From assembly GCA_028713495.1 (NCBI GenBank), contig JAQTOF010000002.1, positions 1 through 46,718 on the forward strand: 46,718 bases of DNA, read 5' to 3'. Numbering within the stretch: position 1 is the first letter of the stretch; each line of letters opens with the position of its first letter. Position numbers and translations under genes: made by a program. Source of the stretch: Candidatus Iainarchaeum sp. (GTDB lineage Archaea > Micrarchaeota > Micrarchaeia > Anstonellales > Bilamarchaeaceae). The notes beneath the pieces were generated by a model that saw nothing but the letters and a program-made list of their open reading frames with translations, ran no database searches and was not told where the DNA came from. This document shows, in pieces, positions 41,150-46,718 of this stretch.

Positions 41150-41938
41150 ATGAAGACCATATCCGTTTTGGCCCTGATCCTTGTATTGCTTGGTGCCGGT
41201 TGCATCCAGACGCCCTCAGTGCCTCCTGGTTATGAGGTCAAGGATTACTGCGAAAAAGACAGCGACTGCGTGCGGCTGGACAAGTGCTGCGACTGCGGCC
41301 TCGGAGAATACGTGAACACCTATAACCAGCAGAATCCTGAATGCACCGGCCCGCAGTGCCTCTGCTCAATCATGCTTTCCAAGGGTGTTTGCCAGGAAAA
41401 CAAATGCGTTGCGGTGGAACAGAATCCCGGACCCGAAGTCACATTGAATTTCACGCCAGGGCAGGGGAAATGCGGAGAAGAGGTGGCTCCAGTGCGCATC
41501 GACACTGAGAATGGGATGACCTTCAATGGCTCAGTGGGCCTGATCAGCCCTTGCCACCGCGCGAAGGGAGAACTGGTCAGTAAAGACGGCGTCTATATCC
41601 TTAACATCACGACATCTGCTATACCGGGTGTGGCGACATGCATCAACTGCGCTGGCACCATACCCTGGGAAGCCAGCATAAGCGGGTATTTCGGAAGCGT
41701 GGATGTCTATTATAACGAAAGGAAGGTATTCCCGACCAAAGCTAAGTTCTGCGGATGGTCCACCAACGGCTCGTGCAGCGCAGATGAGGATTGCACAAGC
41801 GGCGGATGCTCGAATCAGGTATGCCAGTCTGAGAATGAGGAGCCGGTGATCACCACGTGCGAGTACACTGAATGCTACAACGCTGCTGCATTCGGGGTCA
41901 GCTGCGGCTGCGTCAGCGGGCAGTGCCAATGGAGATAA
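41150..41938 (+). CDS. Secreted lipoprotein-like protein with cysteine-rich N- and C-terminal caps.
   Basis: In the ORF track. Signal peptide with a lipobox-like LLGAGC. Cys-rich blocks are YCEKDSDCVRLDKCCDCG...C and FCGWSTNGSCSADEDCTSGGCSNQVC...CGCVSGQC. A TATA box lies 25 nt upstream. Confidence 0.75.
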   Translation: MKTISVLALILVLLGAGCIQTPSVPPGYEVKDYCEKDSDCVRLDKCCDCGLGEYVNTYNQQNPECTGPQCLCSIMLSKGVCQENKCVAVEQNPGPEVTLNFTPGQGKCGEEVAPVRIDTENGMTFNGSVGLISPCHRAKGELVSKDGVYILNITTSAIPGVATCINCAGTIPWEASISGYFGSVDVYYNERKVFPTKAKFCGWSTNGSCSADEDCTSGGCSNQVCQSENEEPVITTCEYTECYNAAAFGVSCGCVSGQCQWR

Positions 41939-41982
41939 GACACCGGTTCTGCCGAAGCCCCGTTTCCGCGGAGACGACTAAG

Positions 41983-41989
41983 TTTATAA
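41983..41989 (+). promoter_or_regulatory. TATA box of the tRNA-Tyr gene.
   Basis: tttataa lies 26-32 nt upstream of tRNA position 1 (42015). Confidence 0.5.
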
Positions 41990-42014
41990 GACGTTCTCAG
42001 GGATATAAGTCTAT

Positions 42015-42116
42015 CCCGTCGTAGCTCAACGGTAGAGCGGCCGGCTGTAGTTTTGGTTTGCTCGATTCTTACGAGTGGATACCGGCAGGTTGCTTGTTCA
42101 AATCAGGCCGACGGGA
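42015..42116 (+). tRNA. tRNA-Tyr (anticodon GTA at 42047-42049) with a 30-nt intron (42051-42080) at the canonical 37/38 position. CCA is not encoded.
   Basis: Folded by hand. Acceptor stem CCCGTCG/CGACGGG with C1:G72. D arm GCTC-AACGGTA-GAGC. Anticodon stem GCCGG/CCGGC with loop CT-GTA-G[intron]A. Variable loop AGGTT. T arm GCTTG-TTCAAAT-CAGGC. Discriminator A. A TTTT run follows, and a TATA box lies about 29 nt upstream. Confidence 0.85.
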
Positions 42117-42127
42117 TTTTTCTACTC

Positions 42128-43471
42128 CTATACCTCTTCGGCAGCCCTTTGCACCACCTCGCTCAACGAAGGGTGTATGTGCACTGTGTTGGTGATGTCT
42201 CTCAGCTTGCCGCTGCCTGCCTTCATGGCCACCAGGACCTCGTGGATTAGGGTCGAAGCATCAGGCCCGATAATATGGCAGCCCAGTATCTTGCCTTCAT
42301 AATCAGCTATGATCTTCACGAATCCGTCTTCCTCTGCTATCGCTTCTCCCATGCCTGTGTTGCTGTATTTGTACCTGCCGACAAGGTAATCCTCGCCTTT
42401 GGCCTTGAGATCCTGCTCTGTGATTCCGGCCCCTGCGACCTGTGGATTGGAGAAAACGGCATGTGGCATCGCAGCGTAATTGACAGGATGGCGGTGCGCT
42501 GGCGTGATAAGGGCGATGGTGACATATTCGGCTTCCAGGTTGGCCGAGTGCTTGAATAGGTATTTCCCTGCGATATCCCCTATCGCCCAGATGCCGGGGA
42601 CGTTCGTCTCCATGTATTCATTTGTCTCTATGTAGCCGTGCTCATTGACAGCCACGCTGGTCTTGGCCATATTCAGGATATCTGTGTTCGGGGTGCGGCC
42701 AGTGGCTACGAGGAGGTCGGTCCCTTCATAGGAGCTGCCGTCAGCAGTGTAGACGACGATCATCTTGTCTTTCTTCTCGACTTTCTTCACTGCGGATTTC
42801 AGCTTCACTGTGTATTGCTTTGAGAACAGTTCTGTGAACTTCAGGCCAATCTCCTCATCTTCATCAGGGAGCAGGCGCACATTCCTCTGGAGTATGGTTA
42901 TCTCAGAGCCCATGGAGCCGAAGAAATGGGCGAACTCGCAGGCGATATAGCCGCCGCCGATGATTATGAGCTTCTTGGGCAATTTTTTCACTTTCAGTGC
43001 CTCATCGCTGGTCATGTAGCGGACATTGTCCAGCCCGTCTATGGGCGGAATCGAGGGCCGGGTGCCTGCTGCGATGATAATCTTGTCTGCGGTTATCTCT
43101 TCCTTGCCGACTTTGAGGGTCTTCGGACCTGTGAAGCGAGCACGGACTTTGAAAAGCGTGATGTTCTTGCCTTTCTTCACCGCTTCTTCTATCTGCTGGG
43201 CGTCCTTGTCGACTATCCTTGCCCGTTCCATCACTTTCTTGAAATCTATCTTCGGCTTTTTGGCCTTTATACCGAAGAGGTGCGCCTTGTTTATGGTCTG
43301 GACGACATCAGCACTGTGGATCAGTATCTTTGTTGGTATGCATCCGCGGTTGAGACAGGTGCCGCCCATGGGACCTTCCTCTACAATCGCTACTTTCATG
43401 CCGCGGGCTGCCCCGGCACTTGCTATATCCAGGCCTGAGCCTGCTCCTATGACGATGAGGTCGAACTTCAT
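42128..43471 (-). CDS. Class I pyridine nucleotide-disulfide oxidoreductase (dihydrolipoyl dehydrogenase family).
   Basis: In the ORF track. GAGSG FAD motif, redox-active GGTCLNRGCIPTK, a second Rossmann motif IIIGGGYIACE, and the C-terminal HIHPSLSE His-Glu pair. Confidence 0.85.
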   Translation of the reverse strand: MKFDLIVIGAGSGLDIASAGAARGMKVAIVEEGPMGGTCLNRGCIPTKILIHSADVVQTINKAHLFGIKAKKPKIDFKKVMERARIVDKDAQQIEEAVKKGKNITLFKVRARFTGPKTLKVGKEEITADKIIIAAGTRPSIPPIDGLDNVRYMTSDEALKVKKLPKKLIIIGGGYIACEFAHFFGSMGSEITILQRNVRLLPDEDEEIGLKFTELFSKQYTVKLKSAVKKVEKKDKMIVVYTADGSSYEGTDLLVATGRTPNTDILNMAKTSVAVNEHGYIETNEYMETNVPGIWAIGDIAGKYLFKHSANLEAEYVTIALITPAHRHPVNYAAMPHAVFSNPQVAGAGITEQDLKAKGEDYLVGRYKYSNTGMGEAIAEEDGFVKIIADYEGKILGCHIIGPDASTLIHEVLVAMKAGSGKLRDITNTVHIHPSLSEVVQRAAEEV

Positions 43472-43508
43472 GGAGTGATAACGGAAAACAAGAATAAAAA
43501 CGGATTGC

Positions 43509-44729
43509 TCAAAGGAAAAGGGCCTTGATAGGGAACAGAGGATCGGTGAGCCGAGTATAGTCCTCGGAATCCAGCAGCGAATCGGTTATAGCATCCCTAA
43601 CATACTTGCTTTTCTTTGCTCGACCTATCAGGAAATCAGTAAGGAACGCGCTGGTTGCCATCCGCTGGAGCCTGTAGTTGAGCTTCACCTGCCTGGAGAT
43701 GGCTGCATTGAGCTCAGCGTCATACCTTGAAAGCGATTTCTCAGAGAAATCGTTCTCTTTGAATGCCTGGAGGATGGTTTTCGCCGCGAGTTTGCCGCTT
43801 GTGAGCGCATTTCCTATGCCTTCTCCCATGAACGGATCTATCAGGGACGCGCTATCACCGACAAGCACATAGCCATTGCCTGCGGCTTTGGGTTTCCTGG
43901 TGTTCACAGGCAGTAGCCAACTCTTCAGGTCGCTGATGCGCTTGGCATTCGCGAATCGGTCCTTGAAGACAGGATTCTTGGCTATCGTATCATTGAGTAT
44001 GTTGCTGAGATTGGCTTTTTTCTTCTTGACATCGCTCACCAACAGGGCCAGACCGACATTGGCTTTCTTGCCAGGCAGCGGAAATATCCAGAAATAGCCT
44101 GGCAGTGCATCTTTTATGAAGTGTATCTCTATCCTGTCGGCCATACCCTCCACATTGTCATAATAGGCCCTGATGCCTGCGAACTGGTGATCTTCTGCTT
44201 GGTTGTTTACACCCAGCTTCCTGGCAGTCATGCCTGCAACGCCGTCAGCGCAGACCACGACCTTGGCCTGAAATTCCATAGGCTTGCCTTCATAGGTGCC
44301 CTTGATTCCGGTTGTCATATCCCCATCGCGGATGAAATCCTCTGCGAAGAATCCCTCTAACGTTTTCGCGCACAACGATTTCGCGTTCTGGAAAAGGAAA
44401 TTGTCGAATACTTCCCTCCGGCAGACGAAGCCAGGAGGGGAGCCATCAGGCCGTCTTGCAGGTATCGGAACGATAGTACCATTGGGAGAGGAGAATGTGA
44501 CGCCGTACATATCTGCGTGCTCTATGTCTTTCACTTTGTCCAGGAGGCCGAGCTCCTTCAGCACGCCTACTGAGCTTCCACTGATGCCATCCCCGCAGGT
44601 CTTGTCTCTTGGGAACTTCGCCCGGTCAAGCAGGATGACTTTCTTGCCAGCCTTGGACAGGAAAGCCGCGGTGCTGGATCCGGACGGACCTCCGCCTATG
44701 ACTATCACGTCGTATGATTCCATCTGCAC
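43509..44729 (-). CDS. Geranylgeranyl reductase family flavoprotein (archaeal lipid saturation).
   Basis: In the ORF track. YDVIVIGGGPSGSS, RDKTCGDGIS, LVGDSASLIDPFMGEGIGNAL. Confidence 0.85.
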   Translation of the reverse strand: MQMESYDVIVIGGGPSGSSTAAFLSKAGKKVILLDRAKFPRDKTCGDGISGSSVGVLKELGLLDKVKDIEHADMYGVTFSSPNGTIVPIPARRPDGSPPGFVCRREVFDNFLFQNAKSLCAKTLEGFFAEDFIRDGDMTTGIKGTYEGKPMEFQAKVVVCADGVAGMTARKLGVNNQAEDHQFAGIRAYYDNVEGMADRIEIHFIKDALPGYFWIFPLPGKKANVGLALLVSDVKKKKANLSNILNDTIAKNPVFKDRFANAKRISDLKSWLLPVNTRKPKAAGNGYVLVGDSASLIDPFMGEGIGNALTSGKLAAKTILQAFKENDFSEKSLSRYDAELNAAISRQVKLNYRLQRMATSAFLTDFLIGRAKKSKYVRDAITDSLLDSEDYTRLTDPLFPIKALFL

Positions 44730-44774
44730 ACCGTAAAAATTCGTTTAATAAATTCAATAGACGTATTAGGAATT

Positions 44775-45278
44775 ATGCTTATAATCGTTTGCGGCCTGCC
44801 TGGGAGCGGCAAAAGCTCCCTGTCTAAAGACCTCGCGAAACGTTTCTCTGCGGTCCACCTCAACAGCGACATCATACGCAAGGAGCTGTTCCCGAAGCCA
44901 TCCTATTCTGAAGAGGAGAAAAGGGCGGTCTATGCTGAGATGGCGAAACGAGCTGGGGAGCTTCTGGCAAAAGGCTCCAATGTGATAGCTGATGCGACAT
45001 TCTCCAGAAAAGAATATAGGGAGACGATGGATGAAGTTGCAGGACAGACCGGGGCGAAGGTCTTCATCATAAAGTGCATACTGCATGAAGGAGAGACGAA
45101 AAAACGACTGGAGAAAAGGAAACAGGCTGGAAAAAGCCCGAGCGATGCTGATTACGACGTCTACGTGAAGCTCAAGGAGACCTTCGAGCCGCTTGAAGGC
45201 GGATATCTTGAAGTGGATTATATGAGGCCGAAGAAGGAAGTCCTGGCCAAAGTGAAGGAATTTATCGGTGAAAACTGA
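44775..45278 (+). CDS. P-loop kinase-like ATPase (AAA_33-like).
   Basis: In the ORF track. MLIIVCGLPGSGKSSLSK Walker A, with the size and layout of small nucleotide/sugar kinases. Confidence 0.75.
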   Translation: MLIIVCGLPGSGKSSLSKDLAKRFSAVHLNSDIIRKELFPKPSYSEEEKRAVYAEMAKRAGELLAKGSNVIADATFSRKEYRETMDEVAGQTGAKVFIIKCILHEGETKKRLEKRKQAGKSPSDADYDVYVKLKETFEPLEGGYLEVDYMRPKKEVLAKVKEFIGEN

Positions 45279-46240
45279 TGGAACGGCAACAGATAGACGC
45301 ATTGATGAAAAGCGGACGCTATGAACTGGTGGAGACGCATATCTCCTGGCTGCTTATGGACGGAAAGAATGTCTATAAGATAAAGAAGCCGCTGAAGTTC
45401 TCGTTTTTGGATTTCTCCACGCTGGAGAAAAGGAAGATGTTCTGCGAGGAAGAGGTCAGGCTGAATAGAAGGCTTTCTCCTGACGTTTATCTTGGGGTTG
45501 TAACTATAACGCTGACGCCAGATGAAATTGTTTTTGGCGGGAATGGAGAGATCGTCGATTACGCGGTGAAAATGAAACGCCTGGACCAGAAGACCATGAT
45601 GGACAAATCCCTCCGCGAGGGAAAGGTCACTGAAGCGGATATCAAGAAACTGTCTGTCATCGTGGCTGATTTCCATAAGAAAGCAGAGGTCGTGAAGGGC
45701 GATTATGGCTCTCCTGAGACAGTCTGGAGGCAGATTGCTGACTTGGGAGCTTTCAGGGATGCGATTGAGGAGGCATGCGGATTTGGTGCCAAGGTTGACT
45801 TCATACTGGAAAAATCGAAATCATTCATAGACGCGAACGGAGCATTGTTCAGGAAGAGGATGGCTGATGGAAAAGTCAAAGACTGCCATGGCGATCTGCA
45901 CTCAGGCAATATCTTCCTGCAGGACGGCATGAGGATTGTGGACTGTATAGAGTTCAACAGGGATTTCCGCTGCATTGACGTGGCAAGCGACATCTCTTTT
46001 ATGGCTATGGACCTGGATTTCTTCGGGAAAGAGGATTTCTCGAAGCTTTTTGTGGATGAGTACGTAGCCCGAGCGCATGATGACGGGGCACGGACTTTGC
46101 TCAGTCTTTACAAATGCTATCGGGCGAACGTTAGAGCGAAGGTCGCTGCCATAGAATGGACCCAGAACAAGAACAAGGGAAGCGAAGAGAGGATAAGGAA
46201 ATACATACTGCTTGCCGAGAGATACGCTAAACTATTATGA
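45278..46240 (+). CDS. Aminoglycoside/choline kinase-like phosphotransferase (APH fold).
   Basis: In the ORF track. The Brenner-type motif CHGDLHSGNIF is followed by VDCIEFN (DFG-equivalent). Its start overlaps the upstream stop (TGATG). Confidence 0.8.
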   Translation: MERQQIDALMKSGRYELVETHISWLLMDGKNVYKIKKPLKFSFLDFSTLEKRKMFCEEEVRLNRRLSPDVYLGVVTITLTPDEIVFGGNGEIVDYAVKMKRLDQKTMMDKSLREGKVTEADIKKLSVIVADFHKKAEVVKGDYGSPETVWRQIADLGAFRDAIEEACGFGAKVDFILEKSKSFIDANGALFRKRMADGKVKDCHGDLHSGNIFLQDGMRIVDCIEFNRDFRCIDVASDISFMAMDLDFFGKEDFSKLFVDEYVARAHDDGARTLLSLYKCYRANVRAKVAAIEWTQNKNKGSEERIRKYILLAERYAKLL

Positions 46241-46242
46241 TT

Positions 46243-46455
46243 TCAGTCTCGGGCCCTGACAAGCACGGGTTGCGGAAGATATGACGGTCTTACGCGGGAT
46301 TTAGCGTCTGATTCCGGAGGCCCGAAAATAGTATTGGCTAGTGCCTCGTACTTACTTAACATCTTTTGGAATTCTAGCCTACGCTCCTCTTTTGTTGAAT
46401 CACGAACTGGTCTCCACGGAATGTCAGCTTTATGGGAACTACGCATGGGGTTCAC
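46243..46455 (-). CDS. Hypothetical 70-aa protein (orphan ORF).
   Basis: Supported by the ORF track only. I recognise no motif. It may be a gene fragment or non-coding. Confidence 0.3.
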   Translation of the reverse strand: MNPMRSSHKADIPWRPVRDSTKEERRLEFQKMLSKYEALANTIFGPPESDAKSRVRPSYLPQPVLVRARD

Positions 46456-46498
46456 TCTCTACACATAGGCCTATCATTTACAATTTAAGAAGCTTTCG

Positions 46499-46718
46499 CT
46501 AGTGCCTGAAGTGCCTCACACCAGTGAAGACCATGGCCATATCATGCTCATCAGCGGCTTTTATCACGTCTTGGTCGCGGATGGAACCGCCTGGCTGGAT
46601 TATGGCGGTTATGCCTATCTTGGCAGCATAGTCTATGCTGTCACGGAACGGGAAAAAGGCATCCGAAGCCATTGCGCAGCCGCGGACCTCCTCGCCGTAG
46701 TCCTTGGATATCATGGCT
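46499..46718 (-). CDS. purH: Bifunctional purine biosynthesis protein PurH (AICAR transformylase domain), C-terminal end. The gene continues beyond the window.
   Basis: In the ORF track. [56 protein letters not shown] is the invariant PurH C-terminus. The reading frame is open to the window edge. Confidence 0.9.
   Translation of the reverse strand, partial: AMISKDYGEEVRGCAMASDAFFPFRDSIDYAAKIGITAIIQPGGSIRDQDVIKAADEHDMAMVFTGVRHFRH

Noticed and set aside
46243-46498. The region around the orphan 70-aa ORF, as a possible ncRNA or mobile-element remnant.
   Set aside because: I could find no convincing secondary structure, repeats or family motif by eye. It is kept only as a low-confidence hypothetical CDS.
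1-46718. CRISPR arrays, rRNA genes, transposases, integrases, prophage or defence islands.
   Set aside because: No short direct-repeat/spacer periodicity was seen. All repeats found are in-frame protein modules. No ORF shows DDE, tyrosine or serine recombinase motifs, or Cas-like motifs. The tRNA-Tyr has no adjacent integrase or direct repeat of its 3' end.

Overview
Archaeal chromosomal segment. The evidence is TATA boxes about 25-30 nt upstream of leaderless starts, GGTGAT/GGAGG Shine-Dalgarno sites inside operons, and the eL41/uL1/P0/P1/uS10 ribosomal genes. It also has an intron-containing tRNA-Tyr with a C1:G72 pair, a geranylgeranyl reductase, and an AMP phosphorylase plus ribose-1,5-bisphosphate isomerase pair. 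It probably comes from an uncultivated, possibly DPANN-like lineage, but that lineage call is inference only.

Layout:
(i) 1-11259: a co-directional minus-strand cluster of four secreted or anchored surface proteins. It ends in a giant beta-helix protein gene (>2,540 codons, runs off the window) that is absent from the supplied ORF track.
(ii) 11396-18479: a truncated NFACT/RqcH-like gene, then a glycosylation cluster (HGSNAT-like acyltransferase, two GT2 enzymes including a Dpm1-like synthase, a methyltransferase, two large GT-C-like membrane proteins).
(iii) 18560-21911: small membrane proteins, a PRC-barrel protein, a KaiC-like ATPase with a degenerate P-loop, Roadblock/LC7 and TldD.
(iv) 21913-27554: an argF-like/carA/His-rich ORF/carB operon.
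(v) 27677-33393: a divergent pair of very cysteine-rich surface proteins. One is a beta-helix mosaic; the other is a tandem array of ten C-C-CC-C-C (knottin-framework) modules.
(vi) 33497-39988: uS10, a Mut7-C RNase, AIM24, eL41, uL1 (with an in-frame TAA), P0, P1, and the R15P isomerase plus AMP phosphorylase pair.
(vii) 39989-46718: DUF763-like, a Cys-rich lipoprotein-like protein, tRNA-Tyr, an Lpd-family flavoprotein, geranylgeranyl reductase, a split P-loop kinase/APH-like kinase pair, and a partial purH.

No CRISPR array, rRNA, transposase or integrase was seen. All family names come from motif recognition by eye. No database search was possible.
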